From the IMG/VR virus record IMGVR_UViG_2648501839_000008: a DNA stretch of 64,000 nucleotides; one strand, written 5' to 3'. This document shows, piece after piece, positions 29,085-38,767 of the stretch; positions within the stretch are counted from its first letter, which is position 1, and every line of letters starts with the position of its first letter. The notes beneath the pieces were generated by a model. It searched no databases. It had not been told where the DNA came from and was given only the letters and a program-made list of their open reading frames with translations. Source of the stretch: a virus (Duplodnaviria > Heunggongvirae > Uroviricota > Caudoviricetes). The translations under genes and the position numbers were made by a program.

Positions 29085-30005
29085 TTATTCCTGTGCGGCA
29101 GTAACTTCTACAGTTGCTGTCGCTTTGTGGCTACCATCTTGGGTAGTAACCTCGATTGTGGCAGTACCAGCCGCAACACCAGTTACAACACCGGTTTCGC
29201 TGTCAACCGTTGCAAACTCGGTATTTTTGGATTCCCAAGTAACGGTTTTATTTGTGGCTCCTGCCGGCTCGACATTTGCTGTCAGCTGAACAGTTTTGTT
29301 TGCCTCAACGGTTGTGCTATTTGGGTCGATTTCGACGCCGGTAACAGCCACAACAGGCGCAGTTACTTCCACCGTTGCAGTTGCCTTTTTGCTGCCATCT
29401 TGGGAAACGATCTCAATCGTCGCAGTGCCAACTTCTACACCAGTAACGTTCCCGCTCTGGTCTACCGTTGCCTTATCTTCATTTTTGGAAGACCAGGTAA
29501 CAGCCTTATTCGTCGCATTTGACGGCTGAACATTCGCTTTCAGACTGACTGATTTCCCTTTCTCAACAGACGTTGATTCTGGCGTTACCGTTACGGATTG
29601 AACGGCTACCGGATTTACGGTGACTTCCACTGAAGCGGAAAGCTGGGTTTCCTGATCAGTTGCAGTAATTTTTACTTTGCCTGGTGCTACGCCAGTTACT
29701 AATCCAGTGCCGTTAACGGTTGCAATTTGGTCATTGGCTGACTTCCAGGTGAATGAACTGGCACTCTTACCCATACTAATACCTGCACTAAGTTGAACAG
29801 TTTTCCCAACCAAAACTGACGGTGAAGCCGGGGTTATGTTTACGGATTGGGAGAGGGGAACCGCCTGCAAACAAGCAGATAGCTGACTTTGTTGCCGCTC
29901 GGTTAAAGGTTCATCGGAGATAGAATTGGTAAATCCGGCACGGCACATATGCCCCGTAAAATCCGAAAATGCCTCTTCCGTAATCTTCATCTTTTGTTCT
30001 GGCAT
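29085..30005 (-). CDS. Ig-like (Big_2) repeat protein, head decoration/fiber candidate
   Basis: Three tandem Ig-like repeats (...VTPESTSVEKGKSVSLKANVQPSNATNKAVTWSSKNEDKATVD...); directly follows the capsid gene. Confidence 0.55.
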   Translation of the reverse strand: MPEQKMKITEEAFSDFTGHMCRAGFTNSISDEPLTERQQSQLSACLQAVPLSQSVNITPASPSVLVGKTVQLSAGISMGKSASSFTWKSANDQIATVNGTGLVTGVAPGKVKITATDQETQLSASVEVTVNPVAVQSVTVTPESTSVEKGKSVSLKANVQPSNATNKAVTWSSKNEDKATVDQSGNVTGVEVGTATIEIVSQDGSKKATATVEVTAPVVAVTGVEIDPNSTTVEANKTVQLTANVEPAGATNKTVTWESKNTEFATVDSETGVVTGVAAGTATIEVTTQDGSHKATATVEVTAAQE

Positions 30006-30016
30006 TTCTCGCTCCT

Positions 30017-30044
30017 ACAAAAAGGGTGGGCGTATAGCCCACCC
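30017..30044 (-). terminator. Rho-independent terminator/attenuator between capsid and decoration genes
   Basis: GGGTGGGC...GCCCACCC stem followed by TTTTTGT on the minus strand, about 15 nt before the downstream RBS. Confidence 0.55.
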
Positions 30045-30053
30045 TTTAACATA

Positions 30054-30070
30054 GATAACTACTTATCTAC
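30054..30070 (-). promoter_or_regulatory. Class-B palindromic site
   Basis: gataactacttatctac. Confidence 0.4.
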
Positions 30071-30078
30071 TGCACTGA

Positions 30079-30954
30079 TTAAATTTTTACATTGGTCAGT
30101 GCAGCGATAGCCTTATCGTGCTTATTCGCCAGAGAGCAGTACCACTTCACACGGGTACGTACTGCGTCTTTGTTCTGTACAGTACCAATGTTTTCAACAA
30201 CGATACCTGCGTTATCGCCGCCATACAGACCAGTAACGCCGTTCTCTTCTGACAGATGCAAGCAGTAGATGCTTGCTTTGCCAGAATCAGTCGGGATGAA
30301 GTCGTTGATGATGAACGGAACGCCGTTATGACACAGCATCGGACGACCGAAGTTCTCCATCATGATTTCAGACGGACCTACGTTTACTGTACGCAGCAGC
30401 GCACGGTAAGCACGAAGGTGCTCTGAACGCATCATGATGCAGTCAGCACCAAGATCTTTCACCGCATCGACCAGTTCGTCGAACATAGAGAAAGTCATAG
30501 ATGCACCGGCGATATCGATCTTCTGATCTGCGTGCATCAGGCGTGGAATGCCGTCAAACGCTTTGTTGTTGGTGCTGGAGTCACCCAAAATCAGATTGCG
30601 ACGGAACGCACGAGCCAGACCTTTAACTTTCTGACGAACCTGAATAGCCAACTGGTTATTGGTGTCGGCCATAGTGGTTGCCAGGAATTTATCAACGTCT
30701 ACGTCACCAGCCAGAATACGCAGTTTCGCAACGCATTCTTCGAAGGTTGCTGCACCTTCCGGGATGGTGTCGTTAACGTCGATGAAGGTAGCTTCACTCA
30801 GCGTTTTTTCACGGTTGTACAGATATGCCTTTGAAGTAATTTTCATAAAAGGCAGGATGGCAAACAGGTCATCGCGATCGATGATGGTTTCAATCACGCC
30901 CTGTTCAAGTTCGTTGTTAGACAGCTTTTCAGCTTCTTCACGCAGTAATGGCAT
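30079..30954 (-). CDS. Major capsid protein candidate
   Basis: 291 aa, located after portal and scaffold, followed by a terminator/attenuator typical of highly expressed capsid genes. Confidence 0.55.
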   Translation of the reverse strand: MPLLREEAEKLSNNELEQGVIETIIDRDDLFAILPFMKITSKAYLYNREKTLSEATFIDVNDTIPEGAATFEECVAKLRILAGDVDVDKFLATTMADTNNQLAIQVRQKVKGLARAFRRNLILGDSSTNNKAFDGIPRLMHADQKIDIAGASMTFSMFDELVDAVKDLGADCIMMRSEHLRAYRALLRTVNVGPSEIMMENFGRPMLCHNGVPFIINDFIPTDSGKASIYCLHLSEENGVTGLYGGDNAGIVVENIGTVQNKDAVRTRVKWYCSLANKHDKAIAALTNVKI

Positions 30955-30979
30955 CTATCAATTCCCTTTGATTTAGATG

Positions 30980-31867
30980 TTACTTAAGTCCAATTTTCCC
31001 CAGACCGGAGGCCAACTTATCCATAGTCGACTTGTTCTTCGGTTGGGATATTGTGTAGGTCGATTTGGAATGTGAGCCTACACCCTGCTTGGCTTCGCTA
31101 CGCATCAATGCGTCAGCTTCCGGATCTGCCCGCACAATGCGTTCAATCGCGGATTCAAACGGCAACGGCTTACCTTCACCGTCAACCAGAACAGCTCGTT
31201 CTTTATGACCTGCCGGTTTGTCATAACCCACTACGCTACCGTCTTCACCCACTTCAAAATGAGAACCGTAGATCACGCGGGCTTTTGCCGGAGTCATCAG
31301 AACTTTGTCACGTAGGAAGAGAGAGTTACTGAAGGAAGCGCCCACGGTCATCTCGACTAATTGAGATTTCAGTGATGCGTTTTCACTTTCCAGTGCTGCA
31401 TAACGTTCGTCACGCTGTGCCAGCTCTGCCTGGTGTGCTTCGATCATCTGTTTTTTAACAGCATCGAACTCACCACGACGCTCCAGTTCAGCTTGCTCCG
31501 CCTCACGACGTGCGTTTTCTGCGGCCTGTTCAGCTTCTAAAAGCTGGCGAGCACGCGCCGGGTCGATTTCACCGTACTGAGCAAGCTGATCGGCCAATGT
31601 GCGCTCTTTCTCTTTGCGCTTCATGTTCTCTTTCAGCAGTTCAGCACCAGCTTTCTTGGTTTTGCGAAGTTCGGCCAGTAACTCTTCATGAGTCATGCCA
31701 GCGTATTCGTCATCACCCTTCGGCTGCTCTTTTTGTTCACCCTGCTTGTCAGGATCTTGTGTACTCTGCTCATTATCAGCAGCTACACCGCCAGCGCCCC
31801 CACGCTCATGCGCTTCAGCAACATCCATCAGACCACGACGGGCCAAAAGCATTTGCCACAGTTTCAT
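30980..31867 (-). CDS. Scaffolding protein candidate
   Basis: Glu/Ala/Arg-rich coiled-coil protein between portal and capsid. Confidence 0.55.
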   Translation of the reverse strand: MKLWQMLLARRGLMDVAEAHERGGAGGVAADNEQSTQDPDKQGEQKEQPKGDDEYAGMTHEELLAELRKTKKAGAELLKENMKRKEKERTLADQLAQYGEIDPARARQLLEAEQAAENARREAEQAELERRGEFDAVKKQMIEAHQAELAQRDERYAALESENASLKSQLVEMTVGASFSNSLFLRDKVLMTPAKARVIYGSHFEVGEDGSVVGYDKPAGHKERAVLVDGEGKPLPFESAIERIVRADPEADALMRSEAKQGVGSHSKSTYTISQPKNKSTMDKLASGLGKIGLK

Positions 31868-31888
31868 AAAAATTCCCTTTGTTACTTA

Positions 31889-33463
31889 TCACTCGTTCTC
31901 TTGAGTAGATGAGTCCCCATTCCCTCGGGGTTGATCTTGCCCGCTTTCTTGGGCTGCACCACGATCATAAGTAAGTACTGACTTATTTTCAAGGGTATTT
32001 AGATCATTTTTTGGCGGAAAATTCAAGAGATCTTTATCAAATTCCTTTTTCATCGCCTCAGTAATGTTCGGGAAAATCTTCTCAATAAGCATTTCCATCT
32101 GGTGACGACGTACAGAGTCCGGTGCCTGAAGTAATGACAGTTTCTCGGCAACAGAAAATTCATCTGTAAGGCCACGAATATCGAAACTTTCTGGATACGC
32201 AATTAAAGAGTGGTCTTCGTCCAGATCTACCCCCATCCATTTCGCAACCAGTAGCATGATTTGGCGTTCAGCCCTTTCCAGACGCTCTGCTTTTGTGACA
32301 AGCAAGCTATTTACACGCTGGAAGTCATACATTTTTGCGGCACCAGATGAGTTATCAATTCCCTGTGCGTTGTCCTGCTTCGTTCGCTCACCAGCGACAC
32401 CAACTGAATGGTAGATTTCGTTAATCACCGTCTTAATCGTAGTGATGATCATCTGAGCTTGTTTCGGGTCTGGTGACAAATAAAACGGCTGGTTTCCACC
32501 TTCAGAATCGTAGGTGAAGACTCGCTTTGTGCCCATTTCAAGCACTTTAGTGTGGTTTTCATCACCAGGTAAAAGCGACTGTACCGGTATAGCCAACTGG
32601 CTAAATGTCTGATCCTGAATAATGGCATCAAGGTTTGACAGATAGTTTGCAACCGCACGATCAAGATAAGCGATATCATCGATCAACGATGGGCTGAAAT
32701 ACGGTGATTCACTTTCTCCAATACAATCAACAGGAAACACAGGAACTACGCCGAGATTATGCTCACCGCTATCCTCTAAAATAACTTTTGCCTGACGGCG
32801 ACCTGCTCCACCAGCGCCCTTCTTCACTTCCTCACGGAACAGATACCACTCGTTTTGTGTCCACAGACGATAACGTTGGTATTCCTGACCTGTAGAAGTA
32901 AAAGGATCTGCGTCATCACGAGCGACTTCCACAATTAACGCCCACAACATATTCCCGTCGTCGTCCCATGCCACATCCAGCATTTGCTGAGGTGAAATCC
33001 AGTAGGCGTAGGCGCGAGCATCTTTCTTTTTCTCGTCAGCTACTGACTCAACATCACCACTCATCGTGCTATCGACAACAACCCATATGCGACCGTAAAT
33101 AGACGACTGCAAATCAATAGCGGCCATAAATGAGTCAATAGAGGCATTCTGGCGAGTCGCACGTTTCCAGAAATTGCGGATCTGCTCTGGTGCCTCTTCG
33201 ATATTTCTATGAATGTCTTCTTTAAAGAGATATTTGTTGATGAGGTTTACCACCTCACGAGTGTGGTTGAAGCGATAAGCACGCTCAACTCGCTCCTTAA
33301 ACTCCTGATCTCCCTCTTTAAAGTAACGAAAGATATTGTCTGTAAACCAACCACGCCCGCCAGCGTAAGTGCTGGCGAGGAAGTCCCAATGTTCTTTTTT
33401 CTTTTCGTATTCCGGGTGGCGTCGCGCCACCAGATCCTTAATTTGTTTGTCGTTCAATTCCAT
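31889..33463 (-). CDS. Portal protein
   Basis: 524 aa, immediately downstream of TerL; size and position typical. Confidence 0.7.
   Translation of the reverse strand: MELNDKQIKDLVARRHPEYEKKKEHWDFLASTYAGGRGWFTDNIFRYFKEGDQEFKERVERAYRFNHTREVVNLINKYLFKEDIHRNIEEAPEQIRNFWKRATRQNASIDSFMAAIDLQSSIYGRIWVVVDSTMSGDVESVADEKKKDARAYAYWISPQQMLDVAWDDDGNMLWALIVEVARDDADPFTSTGQEYQRYRLWTQNEWYLFREEVKKGAGGAGRRQAKVILEDSGEHNLGVVPVFPVDCIGESESPYFSPSLIDDIAYLDRAVANYLSNLDAIIQDQTFSQLAIPVQSLLPGDENHTKVLEMGTKRVFTYDSEGGNQPFYLSPDPKQAQMIITTIKTVINEIYHSVGVAGERTKQDNAQGIDNSSGAAKMYDFQRVNSLLVTKAERLERAERQIMLLVAKWMGVDLDEDHSLIAYPESFDIRGLTDEFSVAEKLSLLQAPDSVRRHQMEMLIEKIFPNITEAMKKEFDKDLLNFPPKNDLNTLENKSVLTYDRGAAQESGQDQPRGNGDSSTQENE
31966..31989 (-). 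promoter_or_regulatory. Class-B palindromic site (inside the portal 3' end)
   Basis: cataagtaagtactgacttatttt. Confidence 0.4.
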
Positions 33464-33475
33464 TTGAATAACCTT

Positions 33476-33497
33476 AGATAATTACTTACCTATCTAG
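33476..33497 (-). promoter_or_regulatory. Class-B palindromic site (overlaps the TerL stop / portal RBS)
   Basis: agataattacttacctatctag. Confidence 0.4.
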
Positions 33498-34746
33498 AAC
33501 CACCAAGAATAACACGGTTTTTGACTGGATACCTACGATGTACTGGATAGCCCAATGCGTCTGCACTATGCTCAATGCCACCTGTCTTATCCATATCTCG
33601 TGTTCCAGGCTTGTAGATGACTTTTTCCAGTGAATCAATCAAATGCTTGCACTTCGGATCGATATACAACCGGATATCTCCAGATGCGGTCATCAGCATT
33701 CGGTTAACAGCATTAACACGATCCGCAATTGGCGGGTGCTTTTTCGAATAATCGACACGTAAGAATCCCTTCTCTTTGAATATGTCGACGTCAGACTCCC
33801 CGCGAGCATGTTGGCGATAAGCACCTGCCGGATCTGGAAATACCGTTATCTGTGATTTCCAGCGCCAGAAGCGTCTCTCAAGCTCATCACAAACCTCTGC
33901 CGTGTTAGAGGAAAAGAGCACCAATTCATCAATTGCCCATAGCTCACCATTTGGCTGAGGTTGCAAAATTACTGAAGACATCGGGTCAATGTTGAAGTCC
34001 TGCCCTACCCATATAGGCAACCGAGGGTTGAACTGAAGCGGTTTTACATGCACGTTACGATCGAACGGGTAGTAAACGCGCCCGGACATGTTCTCAAAGC
34101 TCGCCAGGTACTCCTGAGCGAACGATTTCGGGTCCATATCGTTCTTAGCAGCTTCAATTTCCGCCGTAGGCACAAACGGAGAATCGGCAGTTACAAACTG
34201 CCAGCTCTTCCACTGTCCCTTTCTTTGCAGCTCTACGTTCTGGCCTATAGTCCACAGTTTGTGAAATTCCGAGAAACCTTTTGGCGTACCAATGATAAGT
34301 GCACCGCCGCGTGTCGATGAAAGAGTAGGTCGTAACACCTTGTACCAGGTGTCAGCCTTCATATCCTGAAATTCATCAAGCACTACAAAATGCAACGCTA
34401 CGCCGCGCAGAGTGTCAGGCTTATCAGCACCTTTGAGGGCGATCTCCGAACCGTTCTTCAACACGATTGTCATCGTGGTGTCGTTCTTTTTCCTAACCCA
34501 CTTACGAGGCAGAACTTCCTGTAGATCGTCCCACAAAATCTGGCGAGCCATCTGGTAAGTAGGAGCGACATACCAGACCCTTTGCTTTTTTTCCTTTGCC
34601 GCCGCACGAATAATAGTGGAGATCGACAACCGGGATTTTCCCCAGCGTCGACCAGCACAAACAACTTTAAATCGATGCGGAGACTGGAAGACTTTCATCT
34701 GTCCAGAATGCAGTTGCACAAGACTGAGCGAGGACGGGATTGCCAT
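33490..34746 (-). CDS. Terminase large subunit
   Basis: Walker A-like CAGRRWGKS, Walker B VVLDEF, C-terminal nuclease-like half; 418 aa. Confidence 0.85.
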   Translation of the reverse strand: MAIPSSLSLVQLHSGQMKVFQSPHRFKVVCAGRRWGKSRLSISTIIRAAAKEKKQRVWYVAPTYQMARQILWDDLQEVLPRKWVRKKNDTTMTIVLKNGSEIALKGADKPDTLRGVALHFVVLDEFQDMKADTWYKVLRPTLSSTRGGALIIGTPKGFSEFHKLWTIGQNVELQRKGQWKSWQFVTADSPFVPTAEIEAAKNDMDPKSFAQEYLASFENMSGRVYYPFDRNVHVKPLQFNPRLPIWVGQDFNIDPMSSVILQPQPNGELWAIDELVLFSSNTAEVCDELERRFWRWKSQITVFPDPAGAYRQHARGESDVDIFKEKGFLRVDYSKKHPPIADRVNAVNRMLMTASGDIRLYIDPKCKHLIDSLEKVIYKPGTRDMDKTGGIEHSADALGYPVHRRYPVKNRVILGGSR

Positions 34747-35378
34747 TATTCGTCCTCCCCTTCACTTCCATCATCTGTCGCATCAAATTCGCTTAGAGCT
34801 TCTTCTTCCAACGTCTCAAGCAATTCGTCATCGATGATTTCAGGCTCGTCGTCTTCCTGACGTAATTTCGCCACCTGGGAAGGCGTAAGCTCACCAAATA
34901 CCAGGTTCGGAATTTCTTCCTCGTCATTTTCCGCATGATCCATGCCCAATGCTTTGGACGAAACTTCAAAGCATTTTGCAAGGGTATTACTGGCTCTCTG
35001 TAAGCTCTTGAGAGAATCCTCAATCGCCCCTAAAGGCTTACCCTCACGTTTGGCCGTAGTGACTTCGACCATCACCATCTGCCCCAACGCATACGCCCAG
35101 CCGTCATAACGTGTACGACGTTCTTCTATCTTTTCCGCACGGGCTTTAGCGCGAAGCTCTGCGTCAGATTTAAGAGACTCACGAACCATCTTCCCAACAG
35201 AGTCCGCGCCTTTCTCTAATCCTCGCTTTTTGAAATGTCTGGAGAGTGTTTCACGACGAATGCCGTACTCTTCCTCCAGCTTTGAGAGTGTATATTCGCC
35301 TGACGTCCATTTGGCTTCAGCTTCGGCCCACTCCGCTGGTGTCAGGCGAGTTTTTACCTCGTCTTTTTCGACCGTCAT
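34746..35378 (-). CDS. Terminase small subunit candidate
   Basis: 210 aa, HTH-like N-terminus, acidic C-terminal tail; stop overlaps the TerL start. Confidence 0.55.
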   Translation of the reverse strand: MTVEKDEVKTRLTPAEWAEAEAKWTSGEYTLSKLEEEYGIRRETLSRHFKKRGLEKGADSVGKMVRESLKSDAELRAKARAEKIEERRTRYDGWAYALGQMVMVEVTTAKREGKPLGAIEDSLKSLQRASNTLAKCFEVSSKALGMDHAENDEEEIPNLVFGELTPSQVAKLRQEDDEPEIIDDELLETLEEEALSEFDATDDGSEGEDE

Positions 35379-35417
35379 AGATCCCTCTAAAACACACAGA
35401 GCGCGTCCATGCGCTCT

Positions 35418-35475
35418 AAAACAACTTGTTTACTGCATTTTCTAACCAACTTGTTTTCTGGGTTGTTTAATTAGG
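35418..35475 (-). promoter_or_regulatory. Class-A palindromic sites (two) upstream of the packaging operon
   Basis: aaaacaacttgtttact and aaccaacttgttttct + ggttgtttaattagg. Confidence 0.5.
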
Positions 35476-35505
35476 TCTGGGCATGTCTTATTAAGCCTGC
35501 TTCCG

Positions 35506-35560
35506 TATATATTTAATAAGTTACTTATTATTTATATATACAGAAGCAGGTCTTTAAATA
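35506..35560. repeat. 55-bp AT-rich palindrome, copy 2
   Basis: cctgcttccgtatatatttaataagttacttattatttatatatacagaagcagg, directly 3' of the wHTH gene. Confidence 0.7.
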
Positions 35561-35574
35561 AGCTCCCAGACCGA

Positions 35575-35841
35575 TTACATCACCAGTAACTTCGCTTTGG
35601 CTCGACCTAAAGTGGTTAACCCAAGAGTTCGGCGGTGATAGCGATTGTCACTGCGTTGGCGCGTATGCCCTTTCTCCACAAGCCCCTTTTTTATCAGAGC
35701 GCGAATTGAGAACTGGATACTTTGCTTGGTTGTCTTGTACGGCAAAACTTCAAGCAATTCGTCCAGATCAAGTAGATGACCTCGCTCATAACCGAGATTG
35801 AGCGTTTTGATGATGTCCTTTTGTTTATCGGTTAACGTCAT
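35575..35841 (-). CDS. Small winged-helix-like DNA-binding protein (last gene of the five-gene operon)
   Basis: 88 aa, basic; ATG at 35841, 9 nt after the GNAT stop. Confidence 0.4.
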   Translation of the reverse strand: MTLTDKQKDIIKTLNLGYERGHLLDLDELLEVLPYKTTKQSIQFSIRALIKKGLVEKGHTRQRSDNRYHRRTLGLTTLGRAKAKLLVM

Positions 35842-35850
35842 GGCAAATCC

Positions 35851-36741
35851 TTATGCCGGTAAAGCAATTTCTAACGGTTTATCCAAAGGTTGTTTGTCGA
35901 ATGCCAGCAGTGGCAGCGTGTCAGGCAGTCGACGACCAAAGTCAGGGTTTCGATACACCCCATACAACGGAGACGTAAAGCTCAGGTTGTGAATGTCCTT
36001 GAGCAACTTCACAATGCTGGCCTCGTCCACCAGACTGTCGGCAATGTCCTGAATCGTCGTGCCACGATTCCGCCCAGCTTTTGCCAGGGAACTGTTCTTG
36101 TGGTAGTCCGCCACCAGATCACGCAGTGCACGGCGACGACGAGACTCGCTCATTGCGAACAACTCTTTGACGATCGCCTCGTTATCACCCGGGTCGGAAC
36201 GGAAATGGCGCTGGAATACACGCAGTGCACTTTCATAGCTCTTCGGTCGCTCAGGGCGGATGAACTTAAACCCTGCTTTCATGGCGAAGGGATTGTATTT
36301 ACTCATCGAGGACTGGATCTCAATGATTGGCCGGTCATGCATCCTGCTAACCAGGTTAATCATTCGATAAGAGACGCCTACGCCACGATACTGAGTATCC
36401 ACAACTGAGCGACTGATCACCGCAAAGTTGTTATTCACGTACCGACCCCAGTACTGGTTAGCCACGGTGGTATTAGTGGTTGGTTTCAACTTAGGAAACA
36501 TGCGGTGGCGAGGTGCCAACAGTAGTTTCGGGTAAGCCATAACCACGACGCCCACCAGACGGTCATCAAGTTCGCAGCGATAGTAAGTTGGCGCGAAAGG
36601 TTTGCCGTCTGTTTTGTAGTGAAGCGACTTAAGAGCGTGCCAGTCCTCTACAGTTCCCTTTGTAACAGTCATTCGCTCCAGAAAGTCCAGATGACGCGGA
36701 AACTCTTCAGGGCGGTAGCGTTTAATGATGATGTCCGTCAT
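35851..36741 (-). CDS. GNAT-like acetyltransferase-fold protein with C-terminal extension
   Basis: ...AVISRSVVDTQYRGVGVSYRMINL... resembles GNAT motif A (acetyl-CoA binding); 296 aa. Confidence 0.45.
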   Translation of the reverse strand: MTDIIIKRYRPEEFPRHLDFLERMTVTKGTVEDWHALKSLHYKTDGKPFAPTYYRCELDDRLVGVVVMAYPKLLLAPRHRMFPKLKPTTNTTVANQYWGRYVNNNFAVISRSVVDTQYRGVGVSYRMINLVSRMHDRPIIEIQSSMSKYNPFAMKAGFKFIRPERPKSYESALRVFQRHFRSDPGDNEAIVKELFAMSESRRRRALRDLVADYHKNSSLAKAGRNRGTTIQDIADSLVDEASIVKLLKDIHNLSFTSPLYGVYRNPDFGRRLPDTLPLLAFDKQPLDKPLEIALPA

Positions 36742-37403
36742 GAATGGACCTCATCGTGACTACCATTGTGATATTCCACCTTCACGCGTTCTTTGTAGTG
36801 CTTGGTGATCTGCATATCCGGGCGCAGCGCGTTCTTCAGGTCTTCGTGAGTCGTCGCCACCATTACCGTCGCACCAACCTTTCGAGCGGCACGCTGGAGG
36901 TTAGACGCCACAACCTGAGCGGTTACACGGTCGAGAACAGCGCCGAACTCGTCAGCAGCCCACACTTTAGCGCCTGACTCAATCAGTTTGGCAATCTTGA
37001 GACGATATTTCTGGCCGTCTGACATTTCAGAAGGCTTGCGAACAAACAGATATGCATCGTTCAGACCAGCCATAGATAACAACCCAAGCGCATCACTGGT
37101 CGTTTTGCCCAACTGATCGATGACGTTAACCTCATTATCGAAGGTAAAATCATCGATGGAGGCTACAGACAGCCCTTCATCCTTCATCTGTCGTTGCAAC
37201 TCGCGCAGCACAACGGATTTGCCGGAACCGGATTGGCCGGTGATGTACACCACATCGCCCTGCTTCACTTCCAGCTCCAGATTGTCGTAAAGCGTCCACT
37301 CTTTTTCGTCCAGGCCAAGCCCGAACGACTCAGCGATTTCCAACGTGCGCGTGGTTTTATTTACGCGTGTCTGAAACGATACGTTGATGATGTATTTGCT
37401 CAT
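36738..37403 (-). CDS. ABC-type ATPase (stand-alone nucleotide-binding domain)
   Basis: Walker A GQSGSGKS, signature-like SDGQKYR, Walker B VWAADEF, H-loop TTHE; 221 aa. Confidence 0.65.
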   Translation of the reverse strand: MSKYIINVSFQTRVNKTTRTLEIAESFGLGLDEKEWTLYDNLELEVKQGDVVYITGQSGSGKSVVLRELQRQMKDEGLSVASIDDFTFDNEVNVIDQLGKTTSDALGLLSMAGLNDAYLFVRKPSEMSDGQKYRLKIAKLIESGAKVWAADEFGAVLDRVTAQVVASNLQRAARKVGATVMVATTHEDLKNALRPDMQITKHYKERVKVEYHNGSHDEVHS

Positions 37404-38068
37404 GCAGCCATCTCCCCGGAAGAGATCTTCTCCGCATATGCCACAAATGCGTCTACCCCGCTTTCTCCCGTCATTTCTTCCATGTGGGCAAGCAAATCAC
37501 CAACAACAATGGCAGAGCCAGCAGGGAGCGTTTTAAAGCCCAATACGTCGACAACACGTACTTCTTCCGCTGCAACTTCACGACTGATCTCGGTGTGTTC
37601 ATCCTTCTGTCGTTTAGTTTCTTCGCCAAGATCGATAACTAGCGAGTCGGTGTCCATTTCTTCTGTCATACTGCCAACGAGAACATTCAACTCACGCTCT
37701 TCAAAGCCGAAAACCTCGATATCGTCCAGAACAAGCGACTCAAGCTCTTTCTGTAGCTTAATTGCATCGTAATCAATGCTGGCAAGTCGGTTATCTTCAA
37801 GGCGCTTCGCACGAACCTCGTCATCACTGAGATCATCGCGAACAATAACCGGTACGCGCTCAAGTCCAGCAAAAATTGCAGCCTCACGGCGGCCGTGGCC
37901 AGTAATAATTACGTCGTTCTTATCGACCGTAATTGGCTGGTCAAATCCGCGCTTTTTAATGGCTGCGGCTAGATCTCGGATCTGCTGTTCATCATGCTTT
38001 TTGGCATTCATCTCATAGGGAATAAGATCTGCCGGGTCGCGATATACGATTTCAAACTTTTTGGTCAT
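37400..38068 (-). CDS. ParB-like nuclease-domain protein 1
   Basis: ParB-box-like ITGHGRREAA; start trimmed to ATG 38066-38068, overlapping the upstream stop (TAATG). Confidence 0.6.
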   Translation of the reverse strand: MTKKFEIVYRDPADLIPYEMNAKKHDEQQIRDLAAAIKKRGFDQPITVDKNDVIITGHGRREAAIFAGLERVPVIVRDDLSDDEVRAKRLEDNRLASIDYDAIKLQKELESLVLDDIEVFGFEERELNVLVGSMTEEMDTDSLVIDLGEETKRQKDEHTEISREVAAEEVRVVDVLGFKTLPAGSAIVVGDLLAHMEEMTGESGVDAFVAYAEKISSGEMAA

Positions 38069-38748
38069 TACATACGCTCCTTGTAGTAGTCGACCAGCCA
38101 CACCAGAGCCTCACCAGCGTTCTCCATTTCATTACCGGTGTTAATAGCCTGCTCTTTGATGATGTTTTTTATGGTTTCTGCAACACGATCTGACGCATCG
38201 AAAGTTACTTTGAAGCGCATGGTCTGATGTTCCGCACCCACACGTTCGGTTTTCTCTCGTTTGTCGGTATCGACAGGCTCATCACTACCACGAGACAACG
38301 CCTCCAGTGCTTCAAGGTCGATTGCCGCCTCTTTTGCTAAAACCATCGAGATTTCGTCGTCATACGGGGCGATTTCAGACAGTTGATAGTCAAGTTCTGA
38401 CTGAATTTCTTCAATGAAGCGTTGCAATGCGATTTGGTCGTCTTCACCGTATCGCTCGTTGTCCACCAGTGACATCTGTTTAGCTACGACATCGCTAATT
38501 TTGCCCACAGAAAGCACCGGAACCGTTGAAATTCCTTGCTCAATAGCAGCACGCCAGCGATGTTCGCCGCCGAGGATTTCAAAAAATCCATCTTCAAGTT
38601 CACGAGCCAAAATTGGCTTAAAAAAGCCCAATTTTTCGATAGAACCTTTCAGTTTTTCAAAATTCTGCGCACCAACCGAATTGGTGTTCCAGGTATTCGG
38701 GCGAAGGTTGGCAACATCAACCTGCAAAATCGTGATTTTTACATCCAT
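38068..38748 (-). CDS. ParB-like nuclease-domain protein 2
   Basis: ParB-box-like EILGGEHRWRAA; 226 aa. Confidence 0.6.
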   Translation of the reverse strand: MDVKITILQVDVANLRPNTWNTNSVGAQNFEKLKGSIEKLGFFKPILARELEDGFFEILGGEHRWRAAIEQGISTVPVLSVGKISDVVAKQMSLVDNERYGEDDQIALQRFIEEIQSELDYQLSEIAPYDDEISMVLAKEAAIDLEALEALSRGSDEPVDTDKREKTERVGAEHQTMRFKVTFDASDRVAETIKNIIKEQAINTGNEMENAGEALVWLVDYYKERM

Positions 38749-38767
38749 TTTATTGCTACAATCTACT

